This document shows, piece after piece, positions 62,601 to 64,000 of a DNA stretch of 64,000 bases. Source of the DNA: Candidatus Oxydemutatoraceae bacterium (GTDB lineage Bacteria; Pseudomonadota; Gammaproteobacteria; Poriferisulfidales; Oxydemutatoraceae). Below the pieces are notes generated by a model. It saw only the letters and a program-made list of their open reading frames with translations, was not told the DNA's origin and searched no databases. How positions within the stretch are numbered: position 1 is the first letter of the stretch; each line of letters begins with the position of its first letter. The stretch lies in NCBI GenBank assembly GCA_965220085.1, contig CBDCOZ010000003.1, forward strand, positions 1,312,001 to 1,376,000, read 5' to 3'. The position numbers were made by a program, and so were the translations under genes.

Positions 62601-64000
62601 CGTTGAAGTCTGTTTGCAACGCCGGGTATTGGTCGGCGTCGCCGAAATCCCAGTAGTCGCTTGTGCCGCCTTCGTTCCAGTCGGCGTAGATGCCGCCGTA
62701 GCCGGTCGGGGCTTGCAGTTCGGCGGTAGCATGACCGGCGGCGCCAGCGGAGGACCCGGCGCGCACGCCGCGGCGCACTGTCGAGGTCTCGGTATCCCAT
62801 AACAGCGCGGTCGCTGTCACGCGGTCGCCGACAGCGCCGATGACGCCGGCCAGAAGGTGTTTTCTCGCGCTCGCGGGGGATAGCATAGTCGTGGAATAGC
62901 CGTAGGCCAAGCGCGCGCCGCTCGCGGCGCCGATGAGGCCGCCAATATTCACAGGGAAGCTTTCGAGTGTTGTCATGAAATCGACAAAACCGGTCGCATA
63001 GCTGTGTTCGACGCGCACCGCCGCATCGGAGTCTATGGCGCCGATCAAACCGCCGCCGAATTCGTCGGCATACACTGCGCCGGTCGCGTAACTCCTGCGG
63101 ATCGTCGCGGCGCCCATCGCTTTGCCGATCAGGCCGCCGGCGTCCCTGAAACTGCGTATGTGCGCCGCCGACCAGGCATCGCTGACGACGCCGCCGTTCA
63201 TCGCGCCGATCAAACCGCCCGGCGTAGATGCCGCGCTCTGAACCGTGCCTATTCGCCCGGTCACGCCGACGGCGCGTATCGTCGCCCCGTCGGTGGCGCC
63301 GAACAGGCCTTGCGGGCGCGCGAGAGCAATTCCCGTGTAAAGGTTTCTGATGACGTAACCGTTGCCGTCAAAGACCGCCGCGTACGGGGCTTCGGCGCCG
63401 CCGCCAATCGATATCCAGCCCGTGTCGGCGGTGAACAGCGCCTTGTTCGTGAGCGTGCCGTCCAAGCGCACAGAGTCATGATGGTAGTAGCTGTCGTTGT
63501 CGTTGAAGTCCAGATCGCGCGTCAACTCGTAACCGATGCAGGTCTGATTCGGACAGCCCAGCCAGGGGGAAGCGAAATAGAAATCGTAATCCTCGCCGGC
63601 GTTGGCGCTGTCGGGCCTGCCGTCGCCGTCGGGGTCAAAGCGCAACATCGAGAGTTGCTCCAGGTTGCTGATCTCGATCAGGCCGTCGTCATCCAAATCA
63701 TAATCGGCGGCGCCGGAGAAAGGATAGGCGCGGGTCACTTCGCCGCCGGCCACCGCCGCCGCTATGCGGTAACCGTAACTGCGATACAGATTGGCATCGG
63801 TATCCGTATAAGACGATGCGGTCAGGCCCTGCGCGTCGTCGATCGCGCTGACCGTGGTGCCGCGGTAGAGGTTGTAGGTCAGCGTCGGCGGGTTGTCCCA
63901 GTGCGATGTGACCGGCGGTTTCCAACTCAGCGTGATGCCGTCGGTGTCGGAGACGACGGCGACATCGCGCGGGCCTTCGCGCAACTGGTAGCCGAATTCC
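32695..64000 (-). CDS. Giant repetitive surface protein, more than 10,400 aa, N-terminus outside the window: at least 21 modules, one Cys-rich insertion, 2 cadherin-like domains and a C-terminal FLEGPLR motif
   Basis: Frame is open to the window edge (EFGYQLREGP...). 21 counted DYDxDDDGLIEI-type starts. Ends IRIRLRVFLEGPLR*. Confidence 0.9.
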   Translation of the reverse strand, partial: EFGYQLREGPRDVAVVSDTDGITLSWKPPVTSHWDNPPTLTYNLYRGTTVSAIDDAQGLTASSYTDTDANLYRSYGYRIAAAVAGGEVTRAYPFSGAADYDLDDDGLIEISNLEQLSMLRFDPDGDGRPDSANAGEDYDFYFASPWLGCPNQTCIGYELTRDLDFNDNDSYYHHDSVRLDGTLTNKALFTADTGWISIGGGAEAPYAAVFDGNGYVIRNLYTGIALARPQGLFGATDGATIRAVGVTGRIGTVQSAASTPGGLIGAMNGGVVSDAWSAAHIRSFRDAGGLIGKAMGAATIRRSYATGAVYADEFGGGLIGAIDSDAAVRVEHSYATGFVDFMTTLESFPVNIGGLIGAASGARLAYGYSTTMLSPASARKHLLAGVIGAVGDRVTATALLWDTETSTVRRGVRAGSSAGAAGHATAELQAPTGYGGIYADWNEGGTSDYWDFGDADQYPALQTDFNGDGIASWQEFGWQLRESLNLTISGSGASRMLVWTAPDLSHWPPAARPSVTYDIRRDGAQIAANRTKTDYIDNAVVANRTYAYQVHAVVEGGYPISEVAASLTDYDTDNDGLIDIATLEQLHAIRYDLNGDGIAEASTPSYMAAFPGAAVAAHPMGCAVACKGYELMRDLDFADDADYADIANKAAWTSGEGWQPIGGGDASYSGEFNGNGRVIANLRINRGASHQGLFGRLRVTDNDRSLYRLGISGAITVAASTAQAVGGLVGEVSNGGFISEAWSAVSIGGAAANVGALAGEAAAGSAAFYRSYATGNVGGREAVGGLVGKLGLVVTFLDSVYATGYVSASQRWAGGLVGSDAADDGSEYGYSVARIDPAAPLSGGYAGRYANALGRTAFYWDTGASGRDNAAGAGTASGVAGKTTAELQAPTGYGGIYADWDDNDTSDDWDFGDASQYPALKADFDGDSIATWQEFGYQLREGPRDLTVSGRGGARELRWNAPVTSHWDDPPPLAYDIYRWLETDATPEDISDGSCVSMLCGDNEVLQGSACVACASTQTAIGGVCAPAPHSCPPGQAAIEGTTTCVNAADLEFRDWCESHNGDIILSNGRCRSAAATCGIYGNHGHIPSGVHSGKSVCSNNGATACAAGEAYSVALRLCAAPCPNGAQDSEGNCKPVCPDLREAVVARGVTATTYRDSGASADAIYEYRVAAVVYGGEASRSVVRSGMEDYDADDDGLIDIATLEQLNAMRWDLDGDGAPANASSPSYAQAFPAAVSGMGCPAGCVGYELTRDLDFDDAQSYVTGAVNDLWTGGVGWTPIGGADAPYAAIFDGNGRVIKNLWINNLSAAAGNEYQALFYQTQGATIRNIGITGSVTGALTVAGLIGALTDSMLENSWSAVVTRSVTGGGSLVGRFSQAQIRASYASGSVVGSRLAGGLAGSGDFSSGDSTLRHVYASGRVDGSRGDAKRYAASLIGGAATDSGSDTGKLTLRYAYGRGEVVPIRDAAGLIARLPVARALAALYWDRETTGRENGAATAPAPAIIGLPTAALQAPDGYAGIYADWDEGGASDYWDFGTAAQYPALKVDFDGDPDTDPSWQEFGYQLRAAPADVTVAGAGNERTLSWGAPDVSHWSPPPPVAYDVYRITERPTGTQVSLLAEDYTATSYTDNTAAADSGYVYEVAVRIDSGEAHRSAAQSGNDYDSDDDGLIEIATLQQLHAVRWDFNGEGAPLARDAAQYAAAFPAAAPGMGCPYAQCRGYELTRDLDFDDDADYADASSKTTWTTGAGWPAPGDLRTTFEGNGHVIKNLYINNPAADAANADQALFGGLDPGAIVRNLGVTGSIAATGRSGGIATQMGGEDAVIENSWAAVSLRAGIAVGGLVGDIDSGGRIRASYASGSVFANSRAGGLVGQIDIKDGDGVLERVYATGRVDATGVAGALGDAGMFAGSLVGFARLPAGVTTTEHFATLRYAYGLGEVVIGVADSGGVIGPITAAHVALADVYWDTETTGRNKGIGGDETTAGASGLTSAALQAPTGYAGIYADWNHGGDYWDFGTANQYPALKVDFNGIGGATWQEFGYQLRVPPADVAIVAGAGNDHTLSWGAPDVSHWSPQPPVTYDIYRMASTGAEISLLAEGLTTTSYTDVLPSTVAAAAYIYHVSVRVDSGEVYRDVVVSGTDYDTDDDGLIEITTLEQLNAIRYDPYGIGAVDSNLGGEEPSYITAYAAAFPAATSGMGCPADGCRGYELMNDLDFTAAASYASGSVNTQWTSAVGADGWLPIGGTLPDNDGFRAVFDGNGHTIKNLILIVSSPLEIGLFGAVTGAAAAISNLGITGDAESLANVTGGVAGEVADGATARNLWSAVTADSDSISGSLIGRVTNASLATSYATGNALGTATTDSRVGGLLGMIRGGATVQHVYASGYLEEAGDAGGLIGQVGHQDYGERNTLRYGYATALVAIAPGGLGTLGGVVGKQRPDSDYTALYWDVAVSNQTAGAAAGIAGQTAAELQAPTGYSGIYADWNEGGASDYWDFGSASQYPALKTNFDNKGSATWQEFGYQLREAPTVSVSDSGSSKVLSWTVPVTSHWPDDPPTITYNVYRATAAAASDVTLLAEGLTATTYTDSAPSNGINVYRVAAVIYGGEVTRGAAIAYPTTDYDSDDDGLIEIANLEQLNAMRWDLDANGEPASNDAAAYAAAFPNAASGMGCGGGGCDGYELSNDLNFDDPADYAAGRVDPAWIEGEGWTPIDPSGVYAGDLDGNGRAIRNLYINRPNSDRQGLFAEINGEQLEIKNIGITGAVRGSNGVGLLAAFVSKATLDNVYVAGSVRGGDTIGGAVGNADDVTWRAAYAVAAVVGADAVGGLIGASAAASDVIEHSYAAGYVSAAAAGGGLIGALGAAATVRYGYVAAPLAAASAGGLIGDVASGGNLTALYWDTQATGAASGFGDAGSATLRSVAGKTTAELQTPTAYGGIYADWDANDAAGNATDYWDFGTAEQYPALQVDFNGDSTVSWEEFGYQLRDPLAPTLANGNLLTWNAPVTTHWTPAPELRYAVYRDGTQIATGLETPAYIDTAANLNASRSYRVAVLIDGHEYGSGVAAVTLTAGDYDSDDDGLIEISNLEQLAAVRYDINGDGDVSNVSAERQAEYAAAFPSAATGMGCPSTGCSGYELMRDLDFDDASSYADGVDDEDWGRNSDPNTIGWATIGSASNRFATTFDGNGHTVANLYIRDTVADRGLFGYVTGTVKNLGVTGSVEVVDENQAAGVVTRLAGGRVENSWSSVAATAAASAGSLVADMGGGGIYTSYATGRARAGQYAGGLIGAMNNIASLPAVEHVYATGQVDGTHGGDMRRAGGLLGYFGEGTLKYAYSTAFLEPATTERGGVIGSNSVNDTFTAVYWDTDASGTTAAVGHADTNSAATNISGHTTAELQGPQGYVGIYADWDADDANGNPTDYWDFGTAQQYPALKVDFNNDGIASWQEFGYQLREPPQNLTASGTGPSRTLRWDAPDTSHWDNPPTVTYNIYRHPHTRLPDAPDTVLLRSGLTDTTYADNGAIPTITHRYHVAAVVEGGEAARAPAVTSGLRDFDLDDDGLIEVSNLDQLRAIDFDLDGDGIPETSAATYVFMFPAIDGMGCPDSGCAGYELTRDLDFNAADSYYIGSTATEMWVPTAQSGATPWFNNAGLGEGWPAIGRDTGDGFTAIFDGNGHTLRNYYNARSGHSAFGLFGKVGDGGIVRNVGITGELIDKQWGSGLVAELNAGGTVEGSWSSVSAAVGQVSGSLIGACSSAGGALRASYATGRLRDHPDDTISIVRDGALAGAACAPTEHVYATGYNNINDSGGGLIGIYFDDAATLRYAYTTARINDDSGGAVIGSAFDTLAATAVYWNTETAGIAAAFGDDTTHAVTGIAGATTLALAVPTGYSGIYASWDDDGSDYWDFGNASQYPALKVDTNNDGTATWQEFGWQLREGPRDLRVSGDLAARELRWDAPDTSHWDDPPALTYNVYRSSIETVIDTNTQEEVVDRVETLLAESLSAARYTDTGVADDKRHTYTVAAVIEGGEPSRSVAVWRVSDRFDYDSDDNGLIEIATVEQLDAIRWDVDGDGEPEADNADDYRAAFPFPADDMCPAGGCAGYELTRDLDFTDAASYGSGVVNPVWAAAWPGINGYLTATFDGNGHTVFMRSVASLIFGASDASVTNVGVLGSVRYSASVVTDVVRSTLMNTYSAATILADDDDFAVGGLVHLMNVDSVVRTSYASGNVSASIGHVGGIAGNAGGTASIPETDATIEHVYATGAMLSGVPATDLPAAAGGVIGDVGRGARTIRLRYGYVSTLAQSPVGRVGSLAGQVRVTPDFDINAVYADSERVLPDVPLIGDGSADEVVSSGEQASDILRAPTTYESIYADWNEEGASDDWDFGTIAQYPALKIDFNNDGIVSWQEFGYQLRDAPANVTVAGDIDAREITWSAPDVSHWDGEPARALSASDLRYNVYRDGFLLAEDLAELRYRDDERLKTDAGAEYRYHIGAVIARHGGGRISAGAVWTQPEIDYDTDDDGLIEIAYLEQLGAVTGDLDGNGMPTNANSPTYDAAFPARAADMGCPAGCVGYELTRDLDFEDLTSYLFADTTAITVWTLDPDDGDDEEGWLPIGDPAVRDGQNREGEGDNGYTATFDGNGHTIHNLYIDRERIAQGLFGTVSGASIRNIGVTGAIDGGDRNNIAGLIGQHLESTLENSWSAVSAEGRAHIGSLVGYASSASTVSRSYATGNVYANSQGGGVLGRDIHFLEGGTVEHVYATGYINTTRDGSEYRGGGLIGNLGNVTVRYGYATGLINPSATESGGFGGHVEASAAATAAYWDTQTSAKSDAIGSGTLSGVTGRTSAELQTPTAYRGIYADWDVSAASWDFGGPNEYPALRTDFNGDGEATWQEFGYQLRQGPPAFAIAGETNRRLTWDAPDVSAWNPPPPLRYTVYRRGALLADAAELSQRSYVDADLSDGETSAYHVAAVVYGGEASRSHSPTAAATIDYDTDDDGLIEIAWLEQLDAIRRDLDGDGMMAGAPDYEAAFPARAADMGCPAGCVGYELTRDLDFDEDASYAGGDAGVHGWSRAEEGEGWPPLGAPATRFSGIFNGRGHTIYNLHIERNGNIQGLFGETGNATISNLGVTGSVTAGHDTGGLVGKTLGTTIKDVYSAVSADGGTIRAAPLAGWLTGGGAVRRVYTTGAASADKELGGITGALQDGIVVEHAYATGYMGADGNERAGGLIGWVGTSTLRYAYATAQIAPGAAERGGIAGYNSNQTTVFDAVYWDTDTSAVATAAYGDIQTVAETVGPTSATSAGLQAPTGYAGIYADWNEGGDYWDFGGAGQYPALKTDFNDNGSASWEEFGYQLREGPRDLTVANEEGERTLTWRAPSMPPAWSNPPPVTYRIYRDGLLLADLSESDSAGLRYVDAETDAQATHVYHVAAVIVGGEASRSVCESAPAVDYDMDDDGLIDIANLRQLDAVRHDLNGDGKATAAAHALAYPHAATGMGCPNAVCAGYELTRDLDFDDADSYAGAADEGWSEGEDGAGWPPIGSAGDPYAATFDGNGHRIANLYIKRTDDGNDNQGLFAAIGSGASVSRLSVSGTITAGADNDRIGGIAGSLNGGVIERSYSTVSASGGAHVGALAGYVAAGAVRASYATGAVSAASGGGGLVGGADAATLEHVYATGAVADGGGLFGGGDANLRYAYATGLVTGGGGLFGAGGGGSFEAAVWDTETTNRASAGSAGVVVAGVSARTTSELQAPGGYVGIYAAWNANDAAGAATDYWDFGVANQYPALQVDFDGDGEVSWEEFGWQLRTAPTGFALAGDFSARKLRWVAPLTVAWSDTPPITYAVYRDGEILSEGMTVVEYDDRGVASGSRYAYGVAAVINGGEAVRTPTLTLAGLVDYDSDDDGLIDIANLEQLAAVRYDPNGDGIVTGDDFARYNEAFPNATGCGNCIGYELMRDLDFNDPNDYAGGDTATHAWVINPADGDEEEGWTPIGDSESAFAATFNGNGNAVYNLYVNRGDSANQGLFGRVAAGALIMNVGVTGAVAARSAGGGLAGSLQGGLVDQVWSAAMVSGEQAMGPLVGRQTGGSIRRAYASGATDATRGGGLVGSLSGSGSAIEHVYATGFVKRRPAASPSENVGGLIGEADASARLRYAYSTAQLGYSAAQAAGVAGGALGEANGDLAFGAVVWDTQTSGLSEAVGEANDNAVGGISGFATAALQAPTGYGGIYATWNADDVAGNPTDYWDFGDSDEYPALKADFDGNGMVSWQEFGWQLRQGPQNLRVAPTVSERTLTWDAPDVSHWTTNPPDIAYAIYRSTTSIGATLLQTGVVDTSYADADPGESDNTYHVAAVINGGEASRSAAHSTAPRDYDLDDDGLIDVSALEQLDAVRYDLNGDGAVAAEDREAYAAAFPDPAVTMGCPAGCVGYELITDLDFDDPARYMAATDSGAWTRGAGWPPIGDDGDAFDATFDGKGFAIANLHINRPASSAQGLFGVAGSEAVIRRVRVSGAVTGDDRIGGIVGELRGGTLEQSYSTAAASGDEHIGSLLGYIDGGAVRASYATGSVDAETSGGGLVGGAAAANTATTVEHVYASGRVTSAAGGGLIGGGGVATVRYAYARTLSIGGGAVSGDGMGSFQGVWWDAHVTAAETASPGGDVSGISERASTALWNDDGSDYWDFGIGGDYPALQVDFNDDNEVSWQEFGYQLRRRLSLTAADNLINGRALEWNSPNLEHWDPPPTLTYRIYRLRGDVLTELAADRDDKTALTPHTDNDVLPGGAAQHDYAVAAVIDGGEALRTTLGPALLDYDVDDDNLIEVSTLEQLDAVRYHPRVDVVLSAEDREAYAAAFPRPPFRMGCPSVCTGYELARDLDFEDANDYADSANQAAWTSGEGWTPIGDSNTRQTRFIAKFDGKGRTIYNLHINRPETNAQGLFGFVSGTISRVGVSGSVTGNGSIGGLVGHLTGGSAAVERSYSMAAVSGANNIGSLVGYIDRATVRTSYASGYVTVTASSGGGLAGFMIAESGHSRTPVEHVYATGFVKSGQSGSAGGILGAIRGSTLRYGYVTALIDAPTRGGLVGGATSDPIVRGGTYWDSDTSGLTSSNRRFGSGSTRFFTFDATAQSTAALQAPSDYEGIYRLWNEDGTDYWDFTPGSYPALKVVFDEEDEEASWQEFGYQLRVRLTLRAFETTDDMGAAQLSWDAPDISHWDSDPDRALSASDLRYRVYRDNVALADAMSLTATEHTDSDADLGAAPRYQVAVLISGGEAARSARITVQGVTDYDADDDGLIDIATLEQLNAVRYDLDGNGVVAAGDQDAYEAGFLNPQPNMGCPAPAQPGGAHCIGYELSNDLDFDDPASYGSGTVNLAWTSDEEEGWTPIGDNTNRFVGTFNGKGHTIANLRIERAADGNDRQGLFGVIGAGGAVSNVGVTGSVSGGADNDRIGGIAGELAGGAIERSYSAVSAAGGTWVGSLAGLNNGGTVRASYATGSASGAAESGGLLGAAAAADSTVEHVYATGFVDASRTAGDGGNAGGLIGHMGRAQLKYAYSTALLSAAATASGGFGGRLDNSNYSATAAYWDRGVTSQDNSVGLVSGGATVSGIQGLTSAELQAPTGYAGGIYATWDDDGTDYWDFGAATQYPALKIDFDDNGEAATWQEFGYQLRDAPVLTVESDDRMLRNDGTPSRKLRWSAPDTSHWSEEVPVTYNLYVYESTATTAWLLLARGLTKTEREPINPSAAGGEYSYHIAAAVNGGEATRSAAAERAFAGYDSDKDGLIEITTLEQLAAIDMPSSAAFREAFPNTVPGLGCPPVAGMPPTEDEPALNCLGFELMNDLDFADAASYASGSINPGWQNTGAVGGWDALWSDGSFEKVFDGNGYAISNLYINRDASQTAQGLFSRIGASGVARNLGVAGSVAVAGTATAIGGLVGELAGAAEDSWSSVSVTGYERVGSLAGYVNGGAVRRSYASGGTVAAAEAGGGRQMGGLVGRLDNGALIDRSWSSAAVSGDMYLGGLAGYADAATVRRSYASGSAVAGAAEADSGQQAGGLVGRADNGALIDRSWSSAAVSGSMHLGGLVGYLDGGMATRSYASGRVVDTRAGDLTSESAGGLIGFMNAASSASHVYATAYVAADGYAGGLIGSGEGGWRLQYGYATALVAPTTATAAAVIGRASGSPTLAAAYWDAALAGRAAAVGNGAVSGAMAQTSGALQTPTGYGGIYADWDDGGATDYWDFGGADDYPALKADFDGDNAATWQEFGCQLRSGVSDLTVSGASERRAVSWSAAETAGIAGCASADVRYTVYRITTGTGANQATEYAEVSEIASVIGGTSHDDTAPEVRSYLYQVATVIDGGEAARAAATSSVLDYDADDDGLIEISALEQLAAMAYDADGDGVVAAGDEAAYAAAFVGAPPGRGCPAVGGCVGYELTQGLDFDNAAHYMTSTDNGAWTRGAGWTPIGNATAAFAATFDGNGFEIANLRIDRSSDADQGLFGVVGDDGAIRRVSVSGSVSGGDNVGGIVGRAESGAAVTRVRMVGSVAGDDNVGGIVGRAVSASLRESYSRASVSGADYVGGLAGLADGATVRASYASGAVSATAAGGGLLGGSASSTATAEYVYATGHVSAASAGGLIGAGGNATARYAYATALPAGAVVGGLIGSGGGAFMAAYWDSAAAATTATAGSATGASARVRAMLQSPTGYAGIYADWNANDASGNATDYWDFGTSEQYPALQVDFDNDGTPTWQEFGYQLREGPALSPVTGADSGARELSWTAVTTSHWSPEPVVTYTVYRNRAAIATGLSETTYADAAARLGDDFAYAVAAAVGGGEASRSGSRASGALNDYDADDDGLIEIESPEQLYAIRFDLDGDGEPAPASSQTYRAAFPASVRGMGCKDQTCVGYELMNDLDFKGTTGTAWAGAAGWPPLGDATTEFATTFDGNGLEIANLRIDRGGADDQGLFGVVGGDGKVSNLAVRGAVAGGDNVGLVVGRLSGGALSRLAAAGAASGGDNVGGLLGRLNGGALSASYATAAAAGDTAVGGLVGLAGDGVVRASYAAGSVTATTGSGGGLIGDSTSVMATAEHAYATGRVSAPVAGGLIGLAGGATARYAYSTALPIGAMRGGVTGDGNGVFAATYWDSDASAQATDLAAGVGAHTSIALQFPTDYSGIYADWDAADAAGNATDYWDFGDAEQYPALRVDFDGDPATPPNWQDFGCQARAAPALTVSGLASARTLTWSAPEVSHCDPPPALAYNVYRDGALPALASTSALTHVDNTAVAGVSYFYYVAAVIDGGEASRGAAESGLIDYDADDDGLIEVATAAQFDAIRFDLNGDGSPTASAPTYRAAFPEAVPGMGCPSECVGYELANSLALDGEWTPIGTAKAPFATTLDGNGETVSDLNVVGAGDDRGLFGVVGAAGTVRNVGVIGDIDASGANVGGIAGSLAGGTLEQIWSSVNVTGAQAAGSLLGYHGGGTVRAAYATGVVRADGQAGGLIGAAHDISTTTAITTAAEHAYATGFVGATTATGGLLGAVGRAQLKYGYSTAYIDADAANGGGIGGAAPGSAATFAPSYWDTVTSGLNNALAGGTGGTSDLGGRLTSVLQAPTGYSGIYGVWDDDGSDYWDFGSAAQYPALQANVNGDNEVTWQEFGNQLRAAPILEPLQTTGNVVILEWSAPDADPAAGVRYRVYRGSVARGVTAERRYVDSDASGLLSYRVAVLIDGGEAGRSAVRAGRDYDVDDDGLIEITRLEQLGAVAFDLDGDGSAAADDAAAYAATHAFASALDGMGCPAVGGCTGYELTRDLDFEDPNDYGILNAGLNGWTRDEGGAGWSPLGNSATRFTGVFNGKGHAIYNLFIERDANRQGLFGATGETTISNLGVTGSVTAGANSSDTGGVVGLAAGTTIEEVYSAVSVSGGRLRAAPLAGQIAGGGALRRSYTSGAASAAQEVAGIAGSLGDGAVAEHVYATGYIGATDDARAGGLVGRIGASTLTYAYAVAPIAADAAERGGIAGFNSNQTTVFDAVYWAADISVPAVDDAYAIIEGNAETNGPLAQTSAELRAPTGYGGIYANWNAGNADYWDFGSAEQYPALKTDFDDNPATSPSWEEFGCQLRQGPQGVSATVTDADDESVHGLNWRAPDTSPWDAGSPCRSVAYAIYRNGGALPGASGLEETKHDVTGAADGDIYHIAAVVNGGEAIRAAYAYAVQANTTLAITDINPTANTVAETATAGMAISGVTLQARDEAASAAIVSGVTWSLSDDAEGLFAINSTSGEITLAKAAPDYESEDRVYSVTVTAVVDRYQPATLVLTINLTNVLETLMVTDSDGAGSIIAEGARAGAPVPGIRLMVTDEAGTEVTEGLTWNLVTNPGGLFAIDPASGAITLANDAPDLETEQTRTIIVRASFREPNREMVVSAPFMLTITIMATERPDVDVGIRIRLRVFLEGPLR
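60580..61050 (-). other. 16-cysteine insertion inside an FN3-like domain
   Basis: SCVSMLCGDNEVLQGSACVAC...CAAPCPNGAQDSEGNCKPVCP lies between YDIYR and the TTYRD strand. Confidence 0.8.

Overview
GC-rich, probably proteobacterial window. The adhesin content is reminiscent of host-associated symbionts, which is an inference. The left end holds a system I cytochrome c maturation operon on the minus strand (ccmA-H complete, ccmI cut by the edge). Between ccmA and a divergent HIT gene sits a 1.9-kb insert bounded by IS1595-like 25-bp inverted repeats and a near-perfect 8-bp target duplication; it carries a CCDC90/DUF1640-like membrane coiled-coil gene. About 49 kb of the window is two giant minus-strand genes: about 6,000 aa (12 modules plus 5 cadherin-like domains) and more than 10,400 aa (at least 21 modules plus 2 cadherin-like domains, open at the edge). 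Both are built from one ~460-aa unit: DxDxDG Ca-binding-type loops, a GLUG-type beta-helix and an FN3-like domain. A broken single-module paralog lies at 8.2-9.7 kb. All three family members end in the same C-terminal peptide, RLR(L/V)FLEGPLR*, followed by the DNA context TAAGCA. This looks like a dedicated C-terminal sorting or anchoring signal that I cannot match to the export signals I know, and it is the best candidate for an undescribed system. Between the giants are a co-oriented DnaA-box cluster (possible oriC or DnaA sink), a second coiled-coil cassette with 87-bp repeats, a decayed restriction-modification pair and an IS1595 transposase fragment. Module duplication, mosaicism, AT-rich variable loops and a 16-Cys insertion indicate active remodelling of the giant genes.
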